This document shows, piece after piece, positions 30,761-41,028 of a DNA stretch of 64,000 bases (the first letter of the stretch is position 1; the number at the start of each line of letters is the position of its first letter). The DNA is from Bacteroidota bacterium (GTDB lineage: Bacteria > Bacteroidota > Bacteroidia > 2-12-FULL-35-15), in contig JAOQAG010000019.1 of assembly GCA_025963715.1 (NCBI GenBank), forward strand, positions 15,330-79,329, written 5' to 3'. The translations under genes and the position numbers were made by a program. The notes under the pieces are model-generated. The model searched no databases. It had not been told where the DNA came from and saw only the letters and a list, made by a program, of their open reading frames with translations.

Positions 30761-32087
30761 TTGCCATTAAGACCAAAAGAACATAAAGACAAAATAGTTC
30801 TCACGTAAAGCGCATTTGTAATCTGCACATCTGTAAGCAGTAATTTCTTCTCCTTGTTCTTTTGATTTTAGTGGTCAACTAAATTTATTTCTTAAACTTA
30901 TTCAGGGAATCAACGTCATCCGTATTAAAAACGTATGAATCTCTGCCTATTCCGGGAACTGCATAAATACTGCAAACAATTTTACCGGTGCTGGCATTCA
31001 TGATCGTGATCATTTTTGTTCTAAAGATGAGTGAATAATCAAGGTAATAAAAAGGTTCCCCTCCTTTTAAGATCTTAGCATCCATTTCTGCCGTAGGCAT
31101 TACCTGGTATTTGAATTTTGCTTTTGCGAGCATGTCTTTATTTACAGCATTGTCTATAATATATTGAGGAATGTACAAGGTTCCCTGTAGTGCTTTAGCA
31201 GTCTCTTCTTTATCCGTTTCACTGCTTCTAAAGCCTCTTCCCAAATTTTTAACCAGGTAACCGTTTATTGCCATCAGGTAACCTTTTATATAGCCTGGTG
31301 AATAATGTGTGTAATCATTTTTTTTATTTTCTATGGCTGTAAGCTCATCCGTAGAAGGTTTTGTATTAAAAAAGCCATATTCTATTCCTATAGCGAAAGC
31401 AACCGGAGAATAGGCAACCTGTTTTTCTATCAATTTATCCTTTCTGTAATAAAACATGGTTACAACAAGGTTGGCTGTATAATCGGTTGGGTCCATATAT
31501 ATAATGCCGGAAAGGAAGATCTTGGAAATTTTTAACGGGTCTTTTTTCCATTCAGGTGATTCCGCTTCTTTAGCTGTAAGCACTTTAAAAGGAGTGATCG
31601 TCCATGCATCTTTCATGGCCTGTTCGTACTGCCCCTTTTTATCCGTATCAAACTCCGGGAGAATAAAATAAGTAGTTGTGGCTTTAAATGCCGGAAGATC
31701 AACATCGTTGAGCCTGCTTACCTCTATCTGAGAGTGAATTGAAAATGAAATAAATGTCAAAAAAAGAAAAGTAAAAAGAAAGTTTTTGTTTTTCATAAGA
31801 AGTAGAATTAAAATTTAACGAATTGAAAAAGATCGACGTAAATATAACGATAAAGACAGATGCAGTTTCCGTTTGTGCCAAAAACCTGTCCAGTGGTAGT
31901 TCCCATGTTTCCGACTTGTAGAAAACAGTTTTGACGGAAATGGATTTCTGATTGAAATGGAAATTCCCGGAAATTAAAGCTATAATTTTCAATTTAATCT
32001 TCCGATATATCAGCAGGGCAATACACTCATTGTAAAAAAATAAAAGAACTGGTGCCGGAATTTAAAAGTAATAACCCGGTGTACGAA
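30692..32087 (+). repeat. ~56-bp direct repeat duplicating the capD-like 3' end (30692-30748 and 32032-32087)
   Basis: AAAGAACTGGTGCCGGAATTTAAAAGTAATAAC(T/C)CGGTGTACGAA in both copies. Confidence 0.88.
30885..31796 (-). CDS. Hypothetical secreted protein inside the duplicated interval
   Basis: Signal peptide MKNKNFLFTFLFLTFISFSIHSQ; 303 aa. Confidence 0.75.
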   Translation of the reverse strand: MKNKNFLFTFLFLTFISFSIHSQIEVSRLNDVDLPAFKATTTYFILPEFDTDKKGQYEQAMKDAWTITPFKVLTAKEAESPEWKKDPLKISKIFLSGIIYMDPTDYTANLVVTMFYYRKDKLIEKQVAYSPVAFAIGIEYGFFNTKPSTDELTAIENKKNDYTHYSPGYIKGYLMAINGYLVKNLGRGFRSSETDKEETAKALQGTLYIPQYIIDNAVNKDMLAKAKFKYQVMPTAEMDAKILKGGEPFYYLDYSLIFRTKMITIMNASTGKIVCSIYAVPGIGRDSYVFNTDDVDSLNKFKK

Positions 32088-32099
32088 AAGCTCGATCGT

Positions 32100-32212
32100 T
32101 AACACAGAGTTTCAGAGAAGACAGGGCTTCACGGAGAAAAAAGGCAATAGGCAATAAAGAAAAGAAAAAATCTCTGTGAAACTCTTTTTTTCTCTGCGAA
32201 CTCTGTGTTAAA
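32100..32212. repeat. Inverted AACACAGAG...CTCTGTGTT module
   Basis: Same architecture as 11078-11172 and 24908-25062. Confidence 0.55.
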
Positions 32213-32219
32213 ATGAAGG

Positions 32220-33734
32220 TTAAATATAATTAAACGCATCGCCGATGCAATCGATCAGGTCGGAAGCCAGCATGCTTTCCACCGAACTGGCACGCGCTGC
32301 AAAATTACCGGCGAGCCCGTGCAGGTATACTCCAATAATGCAGGCCTGCTCCGGCGTATAATGTTGCGCAAGCAATGCCGTGATCATACCTGTGAGCGCA
32401 TCTCCGCTGCCGCCTTTTGCCATTCCCGGATTACCGGTAGAATTAAAAAACACGGTTCCATCCGGGCAACCGATAGCCGTGTGTGCGCCTTTTAAGATCA
32501 CATACACTTTATTTTTGATGGAAAATTCGCGCAGCAATTGCAAGCGCTCCATGCCGGAGGATGCTTTACCGGCAAGGCGTTCAAACTCTTTTGGATGTGG
32601 TGTAAAAATACTGTTGGCCGGAATAAATGCCAGCCAGGTTTTATTTTCGGACAGGATGTTGAGCGCATCTGCATCCAGCACCAGCGGTACCGGCGTGTTC
32701 TGGATCAACAGCTTTAGTACATTTTCCGTTTGTTTCTCCTGCCCTATTCCCGGGCCAATCCCAATGGCCTTGTATTTTTCGAGCGAAGGAAGCTCTGTAA
32801 TAAAATTTTGTTCCGTGTCCGGATGGCTCATGGCTTCCGGGATGCTGATCTGCAAAATATCGTTGCCGCAAGCGGGAACATGTACCGTTAACAAACCCGT
32901 TCCGCTTCGCAGGCAGGCTTTTGATGCCAACACGGCAGCACCCATTTTCCCTTTGCTTCCGGCAATGATCAGTGAATGCCCGAAGTTACCTTTGTGTGCG
33001 CTTTTACTTCTGTTTTTCAGTAATGGCGCAACATCGGTTTTGGTTATAAAATAATTTTTGGTAGAAGTATGCGCAATGTATTCCGGGTGCAATCCAAGAT
33101 CCAGCACATCAAACTCGCCCACAAACGCAGCTGTTTCCGGCAGCATAAAGGATAATTTCGGAAACTGAAAACTGAGCGTATACTCCGCGATCATGATCTC
33201 GTCCGAAGGTGCATTTTGCTCATCGCCAAATAATCCCGAGGGAACATCAACGGCGATCACATGTGCATGTAATTTATTTACATGACTGATTACCTGCGCC
33301 ACCAAACCTTCCAGCGGCTTGTTCAATCCCGATCCAAATACAGCATCGATCACTACGCTTTGCGGCGTGATCGTAAATGTTTGTTGAAATGCTTCCGCTG
33401 AATGAATTTCCTGAATAACATTGTTTTTTTGCAGCGCTTTTAAACGCTCGTAATTGGTAATAAAATCAGCAGAGCGTTTTTCCGAATAATTGATGATGAA
33501 TGCTTCGGTTGTGTAACCGCGTTCGGCAAGCAATCGGGCAATGGCTAATCCGTCGCCGCCGTTGTTTCCCAAACCGCAGAGTATTTTAAAATGTATGTTG
33601 GTATCGTAGCGTTCGGTAATCCAGTTGGTGCAGGCAATAGCAGCACGCTCCATCAGATCAATGGGTGCAACGGGTTCCTGCGCAATGGTGTATGCATCCG
33701 CTTCAGAGATTTGTGGAATGGAGAAGATTTTCAT
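32220..33734 (-). CDS. nnr: Bifunctional NAD(P)H-hydrate epimerase/dehydratase
   Basis: LMERAA, GNNGGDG, DAVFGSG, AHKGNFG, DADAL, TPHPKEF, GGSGD. Confidence 0.95.
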   Translation of the reverse strand: MKIFSIPQISEADAYTIAQEPVAPIDLMERAAIACTNWITERYDTNIHFKILCGLGNNGGDGLAIARLLAERGYTTEAFIINYSEKRSADFITNYERLKALQKNNVIQEIHSAEAFQQTFTITPQSVVIDAVFGSGLNKPLEGLVAQVISHVNKLHAHVIAVDVPSGLFGDEQNAPSDEIMIAEYTLSFQFPKLSFMLPETAAFVGEFDVLDLGLHPEYIAHTSTKNYFITKTDVAPLLKNRSKSAHKGNFGHSLIIAGSKGKMGAAVLASKACLRSGTGLLTVHVPACGNDILQISIPEAMSHPDTEQNFITELPSLEKYKAIGIGPGIGQEKQTENVLKLLIQNTPVPLVLDADALNILSENKTWLAFIPANSIFTPHPKEFERLAGKASSGMERLQLLREFSIKNKVYVILKGAHTAIGCPDGTVFFNSTGNPGMAKGGSGDALTGMITALLAQHYTPEQACIIGVYLHGLAGNFAARASSVESMLASDLIDCIGDAFNYI

Positions 33735-33865
33735 TTTTCAGTATTTTTTCCGGAACTAAATTAAGGAAAAATTGGGAGAGGGGAACTGATAATTAAGCAG
33801 GTCGAAAAGTTGGAGGAAATAAAACAATACTGAATTATAAAGACAAACTATATTGTTAGATAACA

Positions 33866-35455
33866 TTATGCTTCTATCTGTATAATTTGTCCTGCATATT
33901 TACTCTTTACAAAATCAATAACAACCCCGCATCCCTTTTTTATCATTTCATCAGTGTATGCCGTCTGTTTTCTTATAACACCATGAGAACCATCATGCAT
34001 TAAGGAATATATAAATTCATTTTTACTTAGAACTTCTTTTTGTTCGCAAAAATCCTTTAAAGTTAAATTAGGTGCTTCAAACTTATTAATTGTTTCAAGT
34101 ACATGCCTAACAGAATTTGGGGTAGTGTGTGATGGCTTGTTTCCATTGGAAACACTATGTATATCTCTAAGATGTTCCTCATAAGGCATTACTAACTCCC
34201 TCGAAAGTATTGTTAATTTATTACTTGAAAGAATTAGAGGTTCTTGAATAATCTTATTCCGAATAAGAATACTCATAAATTCTAAATTATGAGTAAATAT
34301 TAAAAAGCGTATCCTTTCTAATTTTAAATCTATATGCAAGTTCCGTATAATTTGTGAAACAGAATAGACATAATGAAAATCTAAACTGGAAATAGGGTCA
34401 TCAATAATAAAAAATAGTTTCCCATAGTCTTCATCTTTTGAAATTACTTTGTGCATGTCTGCTAAATAGTAACAAAAAGCGACAATACTTTTTTCTCCAT
34501 CACTTAATACGTCAATGGCATTGTTTTCTAATAATTGCGTATTGAATTTTAGGCAAAAAGTTTCTTCGTCAAAACTATATTTATCGCCAAAAAAGCTATT
34601 TAAATATATTTTCAAGCTTTCTACAACCTTTTCTTTCTTACTCACTTTTACGCTACTTTCCTTACCAGAAATGTCATTTTCGAGTTCTTTCTTTTTAAGA
34701 TATAAAGCTTTAATTTTTTTTATTTGCGTCTTCTGCTCATCCTGCAGAGCAATGTATCGTGCCTTACATAACCTTCGGTTAATATTTAATTTTTCCGAAC
34801 TTATATTATTTTTTTTATCATTTATGGTATTTATTTTGAAATTGTTTTCACTGGCATTATCGTCTAAATGTTTAATTTGATTATTAATATTTTTAATAGA
34901 TGCTTCATATTCTTTTTTGTCAATCGACAGTTCAATATTATTTTTCTTTTTATCCAACAATTTCAATAACGTCTTAAATTCGTCAATTAGATATTTATAA
35001 TCTTTTAACTCAACTAACTCGGAGTTACTATCAGATGGGATAAATTTTTTAAGAGAATTATATTCATTTTTAATTTTCAAAAACAAAGAATTATCATTTA
35101 CTAATTCTTTTTCAAGTGCCATTATTGACTGGCTTAGTTTTTTTATTTGTGAATGCACTTGTGCTTCCGAATCATTTAAATATTCTGTGTATTTATCAAT
35201 TAAAGCAATTGCATCGATTTTCAAGATTTGTTCACAGAAAGGGCAATTATCTTTTCCACTGATCTCTTTTGGAAGAAGTGCTAAACCATGCTCAATAAAA
35301 TCCTGTTTACTAACTATTTTATTTTTGAAGTTATCAGCGATTGAGCTTTTAGAATATTTTGTATTAAATAGTGCAATCAAATCAATAAGGAAATTTGCTT
35401 TAGAAAAATAAAAAATTTGAGAAACATCCTTTAAATCCTCAGGAATATTGCTTAA
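33866..35455 (-). pseudogene. C-terminal 529 codons of a disrupted RloC-like AAA_13 ATPase-HEPN gene
   Basis: Zn-hook CPFC, signature LSDGEK, Walker B FIIDDPISSLD, THN, HEPN-like RHVLE..HDGSH; no Walker A; in frame with 59712-60362. Confidence 0.88.
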
Positions 35456-35463
35456 CAATTTAT
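35456..35463 (+). repeat. Left 8-bp target-site duplication CAATTTAT
   Basis: Identical to 59712-59719 and directly abutting the terminal inverted repeat. Confidence 0.92.
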
Positions 35464-35496
35464 GGTACGTATGTGGTTCAACACCATGCCTAAACA

Positions 35497-35563
35497 ATAT
35501 AAAGTTCAGGAACGTGGCTTAGCTTTTAAAGATTAGGCCCCTTTGATATTTGTTCAGGAACTT
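35497..35563 (+). repeat. Left subterminal repeats, consensus T(A/T)TAAAG(A/T)(A/T)(C/T)AGGAACGT
   Basis: 35497-35515, 35524-35542 and a degenerate copy near 35546-35563. Confidence 0.65.
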
Positions 35564-35635
35564 TTCTGTCAGAAAAACGTATAGATAAGTAGAAGTCACC
35601 AATGGGTGACATTTTTATTTATAATAATTAAAAAG

Positions 35636-35890
35636 ATGAAAGAAAAGAAACTTGAATCAATTTTCATTAGACCTAATGAAGACAAAGACTTAGCCTATCG
35701 GTCAGTTAAAACACTTGGTTATGAATTCTTGGTTTCACTTATGCCTTCTGAAGGGCGTGAAGAAGCAGCGTGGGCAGTTCCAAATATTGAAGAGTTGAAA
35801 AAAATCTGCAGTATGCTTAACGATGATTTTTGGTATAAAATCCATCCGCTGGAAACGATTATTGATTGGGAAAGCTTAAATCTGAATTAA
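35636..35890 (+). CDS. Hypothetical protein (84 aa)
   Basis: ATG at 35636 within the tracked ORF. Confidence 0.6.
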   Translation: MKEKKLESIFIRPNEDKDLAYRSVKTLGYEFLVSLMPSEGREEAAWAVPNIEELKKICSMLNDDFWYKIHPLETIIDWESLNLN

Positions 35891-35935
35891 AGGATAAGGT
35901 GCTGTATTCCTTTAATATGGCGTTGACTAGGGATT

Positions 35936-36721
35936 TTATGCTTCATTACATATCCGCACAAATCTATCTCCAATAGATGTAAAGGTAAATTTATTACTAT
36001 TTGAAACATCCACGTCCACATCAATCTCTGTGTTTTCTGGATCATCCGAAGTTTTTTCGGCTTTTACCAGGACATCTGTTTCCCACATTAATAGTCCAAG
36101 AGAAATTAAATTTGAAATACTGAACTCTAATTCTAACCTGGGAATTTTCATTTCTTTAGATAGACGAATAACACTATAAGAAAAACGGCTTAGCTTATAG
36201 CCTTCAGGAGTGTTTGGCGGTGCTAAAAATTGGTAGAGCTTAGCATTAGTTCTCTGTTCATGTTTGACAGTATCTTCTGCATGCACTTTTTTTCTCCTTT
36301 CCGACAGGTCTTTATGAAGGTCATCTAGGAGTTTGGCTTCTAGAGAGGATAGTTTATTGAGTATGGAAATGCAATTTTGTTGAAAAACAACATCCTTATC
36401 TCCTTGAAGGATATGAGCTACCAGATTTGACCATTTGTCTTGTAAACTCTCTTCTTCTTCAAGGGAGCTATATTCAATTAAAGGAGCTAGGATTTTTAAG
36501 GAAACTTTTTGTGGATTAATTTTATTTTGTTCTAGCTTTTCAACGGCTTTGGAAAATATTTTTATTTGATTAGTAAACCGCCTTAACCTTACCTGATCCG
36601 CAATCATTTCACCAACCTCGTTGAATGATGGTCCAAACAAGGTTTTCAAGAGTGCTTCACTCTTATCCAGCAATTGCTTTGGAAGGTTTAAATTCTCGAA
36701 TATTTTTTCAATATTAGCCAT
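35936..36721 (-). CDS. Abi-alpha/DUF4393-like protein
   Basis: GEMIADQVRLRR, KILAPLIEYSSLEEEESLQDKWSNL, C-terminal wHTH SISNLISLGL..FTSIGDRFV. Confidence 0.75.
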   Translation of the reverse strand: MANIEKIFENLNLPKQLLDKSEALLKTLFGPSFNEVGEMIADQVRLRRFTNQIKIFSKAVEKLEQNKINPQKVSLKILAPLIEYSSLEEEESLQDKWSNLVAHILQGDKDVVFQQNCISILNKLSSLEAKLLDDLHKDLSERRKKVHAEDTVKHEQRTNAKLYQFLAPPNTPEGYKLSRFSYSVIRLSKEMKIPRLELEFSISNLISLGLLMWETDVLVKAEKTSDDPENTEIDVDVDVSNSNKFTFTSIGDRFVRICNEA

Positions 36722-36813
36722 GTTATAACTATCTATTGGGTAAAGGTATTACATTAAGGTAAGAGTTTGATAATTTATCTGATTTTACATAGACAGTTCT
36801 ACTGACTTAACTT

Positions 36814-37281
36814 TTAAAGATTAGCCCAAATTTCATCTGTATCCAATTCGCTATCTTTTTTTTGGGGAGGTTTATCACAATCTCGAACTTTAAACTTACC
36901 TTTTCCAGTATCTAAAACAAGTTCTGCAACCCCTTCATGCTTAGACCATTTAATTTTGATTTGACTTTTTATAAAATATTTTGATAGTAGTTCTAAAACA
37001 TATTTTCTTGAATCTAGAACGTGATCGGCATCTTCTCCTTCAGCGCCTCCTGCAGCATAGACTTTGACAATATTTACATTAGAACATTCAGCCAAACTTT
37101 TAATAATAAAATCTTCCAAGTCATTATCATTTTCAGGATTGGATTGATGACGCATATAACCACATTTACCTATAGGATCAGATATCGCAACACTTATGCA
37201 AGGACCCATTCCTCCTGAACTTATTATTTGTGGTGATTCGGCTTTTGCATCCTCACCCATTTCTATTGTTATGTCAAACAT
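36814..37281 (-). CDS. CheD-like deamidase fold protein
   Basis: MGPCISVAISDPIGKCGYMRH has the Cys...His spacing of CheD; KVYAAGGA resembles the CheD K.AGGA motif. Confidence 0.65.
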   Translation of the reverse strand: MFDITIEMGEDAKAESPQIISSGGMGPCISVAISDPIGKCGYMRHQSNPENDNDLEDFIIKSLAECSNVNIVKVYAAGGAEGEDADHVLDSRKYVLELLSKYFIKSQIKIKWSKHEGVAELVLDTGKGKFKVRDCDKPPQKKDSELDTDEIWANL

Positions 37282-37349
37282 GCAATTTCAGTATTTATAG
37301 GCGGAAGATATTCAAAAATAAAGAAAATATATACCTTTATATAAGTACA

Positions 37350-38198
37350 CTATACTTTTCGTTTATTTATTAGCCCCTTTAATTCTTCTACAGAGAGATA
37401 TCTTCCTTCATGTTTTCTATGTAACATTCTATGACAGTTTGCGCATACCAAGGCTAAATCACTCACTCTTGTCCATCTTTCAACTCCTTTACCAATAGGA
37501 GTTTTATGATGACATTCTATAAATCCTTGTCCCACACCAGGATAATAGACTTCAAAATTAAAATCGCATGATTCGCATTTAAGAGTGGTGGCTTGATTTT
37601 TAGCCAAGGTTATAATGCTCATATCACGCTCATAGTATCGGTGTTCTCGCATTTCCTTCTTTTGAGCCCCCTCTAGCACTCCATAATTATCATCAGCATC
37701 AACAAGATTCAGCTTACTTGTAATGATATTATCAAACGATTGCCATATGATTGATTGTTTCCTTTCTTTATTGATTTTAGCAAATCCTTTTCGAGTAACT
37801 ATTAAATCTACCTTGAAGCATAAACCTCTGCTGACTTTTGAAAAATTAAGATTAATTCGACTAGATAGAATCCCTGGACTTTCTTTTCCAAGTACACGAA
37901 CTAATCTTGTATTTGGATAATTTGTAGCATTCTCATCAATGTATACATCATTATCAACTGGTGTTACAAGATGAGTAAGATAGGTTCCCTTTTGAATTCC
38001 TAAGTTGCTGTTTACCGTTTGAAATAAAAGTATTATGTCATCAACACGAGGCAACGATACATTTATTCCATAATGCTCAGACCAATTAAGAGGAAAGATA
38101 CTTCCTACTTCCTGATTCTCATAGGCCCAGCTATTTCCATTATCTCTTTTGACATTTTTGACCCACTTTATATGAGTTTGATCGTATTTCCCATCCAT
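37350..38198 (-). CDS. HNH endonuclease (McrA-like C-terminus)
   Basis: CESCDF..GFIECHHKTP..DLALVCANCHRMLH. Confidence 0.85.
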   Translation of the reverse strand: MDGKYDQTHIKWVKNVKRDNGNSWAYENQEVGSIFPLNWSEHYGINVSLPRVDDIILLFQTVNSNLGIQKGTYLTHLVTPVDNDVYIDENATNYPNTRLVRVLGKESPGILSSRINLNFSKVSRGLCFKVDLIVTRKGFAKINKERKQSIIWQSFDNIITSKLNLVDADDNYGVLEGAQKKEMREHRYYERDMSIITLAKNQATTLKCESCDFNFEVYYPGVGQGFIECHHKTPIGKGVERWTRVSDLALVCANCHRMLHRKHEGRYLSVEELKGLINKRKV

Positions 38199-38377
38199 AT
38201 TAAAAGGTTATTTATAACAGTTTTAGAACAAAGACTACACAGTTTTCAGTGTAGTACTACTTGGATACATTGGATTAATTAGAACTAAAATATCAGTTTG
38301 AAACCAGCTATTCTCACATGTGAAATTTACTGGTTTGCCATTTACTTGGATTCTTTTCCCTGACATGTATGTAAATT

Positions 38378-39529
38378 TTAGATTGATCTTCTACTTCGAT
38401 CTGGGAATACCAATTTCAATAATTTTCTTCTATTTGTTTCGGATTTATCTAACAAGCCCTCCCTTTCATTTAAAGAGTCATTATCATACAATTGACGTAT
38501 TTGCTTATTTAATTCCTTATTCTCTAAAATGAGCTCAAAAGCAGCCTTATTACGTTCATTCAACATCCTATTACGCTTTAGCAATAGAATTTTGTCCATT
38601 AGAAGAGGATGCTTATCCGCTTCGTCACCTTTGTTAACAATAAGTTCAATAAGCTCGTCCTGAAAGATTTTAACCTGTTCTAGTGTTGTTTTTTCAACAA
38701 CTTCTTGAGTGTCACCATACGCTTTATTAGAGTGATAAGAGCTAGAATATTCTTTAAAAACCCTGAAAAGTTTTGAATACTGCTTTTCTTGAATATAATC
38801 AAAGTACATATTTAACCATTTCATAGGTTCTACAGTACCTTCCCAAGTTGGATCTTCATCCCATTTTTGAAAAATATAATTTATGAGTAATTCTTTTAAT
38901 TCATTTGATAACGGTTTCGGTTCAATTTTAAGTTGTTTATCGAACAATAAACGAATAGCTTTAAAATCGTATGAATATATTAGGTTACGAATGTCTTGTT
39001 CTAAATCTGTGTTAGTGCTTTTTACATATTGTTCAATCTCATCTTTAATTTCATCTGGAACGAAACTGTTTGAAATTATAAGCTCAACGATATCGCTTTG
39101 TTGAAGTATTTTAATATTTCCCTTTCCATCAATTAAATATGGAAATTCGAAGTTTGCATCATTTGTATGGGACTTAGAATTCATGAAAATTACATAATTC
39201 GAATAATTTTCTCCAGTATTTGTTTTGCTGGAAAAAGGAACACGAAGTGCTCTTATTAGTTGATGTGAGAATTTAGATACATTGGAGGCAGTTACTTTCT
39301 CCGCTTTAGCTTGAACAGTAATATACTCATTCCCGAAATATAAAGGCACATGCTTATAGAAAATTATATCTTTACCATGCTCTCCAGGCCCGTGCATATT
39401 GATTCGATAAACAATATATCCATTCATACTGAAGAGGGGAATTATTATGCTTTCAATAAAATTATCTTCCGATAAATTTTCTAGATAGGCTGTGATAATT
39501 TTTCTATTGTTAGCTGTCGGTGAGATCAT
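38378..39529 (-). CDS. Mrr-like PD-(D/E)xK nuclease with helical C-terminal region
   Basis: F.ESII.PLF..NGY, GPGEHGKDI, VQAK. Confidence 0.7.
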   Translation of the reverse strand: MISPTANNRKIITAYLENLSEDNFIESIIIPLFSMNGYIVYRINMHGPGEHGKDIIFYKHVPLYFGNEYITVQAKAEKVTASNVSKFSHQLIRALRVPFSSKTNTGENYSNYVIFMNSKSHTNDANFEFPYLIDGKGNIKILQQSDIVELIISNSFVPDEIKDEIEQYVKSTNTDLEQDIRNLIYSYDFKAIRLLFDKQLKIEPKPLSNELKELLINYIFQKWDEDPTWEGTVEPMKWLNMYFDYIQEKQYSKLFRVFKEYSSSYHSNKAYGDTQEVVEKTTLEQVKIFQDELIELIVNKGDEADKHPLLMDKILLLKRNRMLNERNKAAFELILENKELNKQIRQLYDNDSLNEREGLLDKSETNRRKLLKLVFPDRSRRSI

Positions 39530-40158
39530 ATTTTAGTTGAGTTAACCTTTTTTCTTAGTATATCTATGTTTTGTATGGATGCCCCCATCTCTTTTATAAA
39601 TTCAGTAAAATCTGGATTATCTTTCAAAAAGTGTGACCATAGCTTTTTAATCTCTGGGTGCTTTGTCCCAAACACGGTAATACACATCGTGGTAAATTCT
39701 TCTATTCGAACTTCTATTGTTTGATTCTCAGGATTTTTCTTATCAAGTATATTTAAAATTTTATCAATTTCGGTTACCATGCTCTCTTCAATTATTACAT
39801 CGAGATTATGAGCAAATAGATTACGTATTTCGTTAACCTGTCTTATGCCAGGAATAAAGTGACAATATAAACTTCCTTTAGAAGGTAATAAATCTAGCTT
39901 TTGAGAAAATGTTTTTTTTGAAATATTAAGTTTGTTTTTCGATGATCCATTAATTTCTTCCAATTCTGTTATAATAAGGTTTTCGATAAGTAAATGGGAT
40001 GCTATTATTTTTCCCACATGTTGATAGCTCCTTTGAAGCATTTTTCTATTTCTCTGCTGAATCTCACGGAGAGAATAGATGGAATTAAATAATGCATCTA
40101 AAAAGTCATTCGCTGACTTATCGGGAAGTTCTTCTGGGAGATTTGCTTTAGTAGACAT
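39526..40158 (-). CDS. MtlR-like/HEPN-motif protein
   Basis: HLLIENLI..TFSQKL..VNEIRNLFAH (RxxxxH); ATGA overlap with the next gene. Confidence 0.6.
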   Translation of the reverse strand: MSTKANLPEELPDKSANDFLDALFNSIYSLREIQQRNRKMLQRSYQHVGKIIASHLLIENLIITELEEINGSSKNKLNISKKTFSQKLDLLPSKGSLYCHFIPGIRQVNEIRNLFAHNLDVIIEESMVTEIDKILNILDKKNPENQTIEVRIEEFTTMCITVFGTKHPEIKKLWSHFLKDNPDFTEFIKEMGASIQNIDILRKKVNSTKI

Positions 40159-40170
40159 AACAAAATTTGA

Positions 40171-41025
40171 TTATCCTTTACCGCCATTAAGCACAGCCAA
40201 TTTATAACCAATACCGAATCCTATCCATGGTTTATTTGCATATATCCATTTATAAGAATCGCCAGAAACTGGAAAATCAAAACCACCTAAAATTCCAATA
40301 TTTAGATCTCGATATGAAATTAAAAATGCGCCACCAAAACCTATCCCCATTTCATTTGATTTTATTTGAACTTTTCTTCTTGTATTATCAGAAGATATGG
40401 CGATTACAGTTGGAGCAGCAAATATTGCTGCTGTAAATGATAAGCTATTTGTAGTTTTAAGTTTATCTTGATAGAACCTCGTTCGTCCCCACTTTCTTCC
40501 AACATAAACTCCACCTGTTATGTCTGATGAGAAGTCATTTGATATAGAATCTTTTTTATTACCAAATCTATACTTGAATGGTATTGTTGTGACTCCAAAC
40601 TCTGTAGTTGCATATGACAGTGAAATAAATTTAATTGGAATGCACATTTGAGTTCTTTTATCTATTCTTAAATAGTAAAAGTGTTTATCATCTAATAATA
40701 CTGTTGAATTAATGGTATTGGTATCTTTTTGGCATTTTAAATCAGCATCATTAGGTTTAATAGACCAGAAATCAACTTTCAACATGGTGGGATCTTTATC
40801 ATCCTGTACAACAGATGCCTTTAAGCCTTTTTTAGAATTACAAAGAGCTTTGGGGATCGCTGTTTTTTTAGCACTATCAATAGTATAATATATTGTTGGT
40901 GGAAGATAATTTTTTTTACAAATACGTTTATGCATTTTTATTTTATAATGAAAACCTGTTTGCAATTGCGCTTGCATACTACATACCGCAACTACACATA
41001 TTATTGTAAGAATAAATTTTCTCAT
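40171..41025 (-). CDS. Hypothetical secreted/outer-membrane protein
   Basis: Signal peptide; amphipathic beta strands ending WIGFGIGYKL. Confidence 0.7.
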   Translation of the reverse strand: MRKFILTIICVVAVCSMQAQLQTGFHYKIKMHKRICKKNYLPPTIYYTIDSAKKTAIPKALCNSKKGLKASVVQDDKDPTMLKVDFWSIKPNDADLKCQKDTNTINSTVLLDDKHFYYLRIDKRTQMCIPIKFISLSYATTEFGVTTIPFKYRFGNKKDSISNDFSSDITGGVYVGRKWGRTRFYQDKLKTTNSLSFTAAIFAAPTVIAISSDNTRRKVQIKSNEMGIGFGGAFLISYRDLNIGILGGFDFPVSGDSYKWIYANKPWIGFGIGYKLAVLNGGKG

Positions 41026-41028
41026 GTC

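Noticed and set aside
31800-32043. Possible degraded ORF (..FDGNGFLIEMEIPGN*SYNFQFNLPIY..) and the tracked 97-aa minus ORF
   Set aside because: Multiple stops and no recognisable family; cannot be supported
33866-35497. Independent 543-aa gene, and a separate 222-aa gene at 59694-60362
   Set aside because: Both are halves of one gene; their extra residues come from the transposon termini
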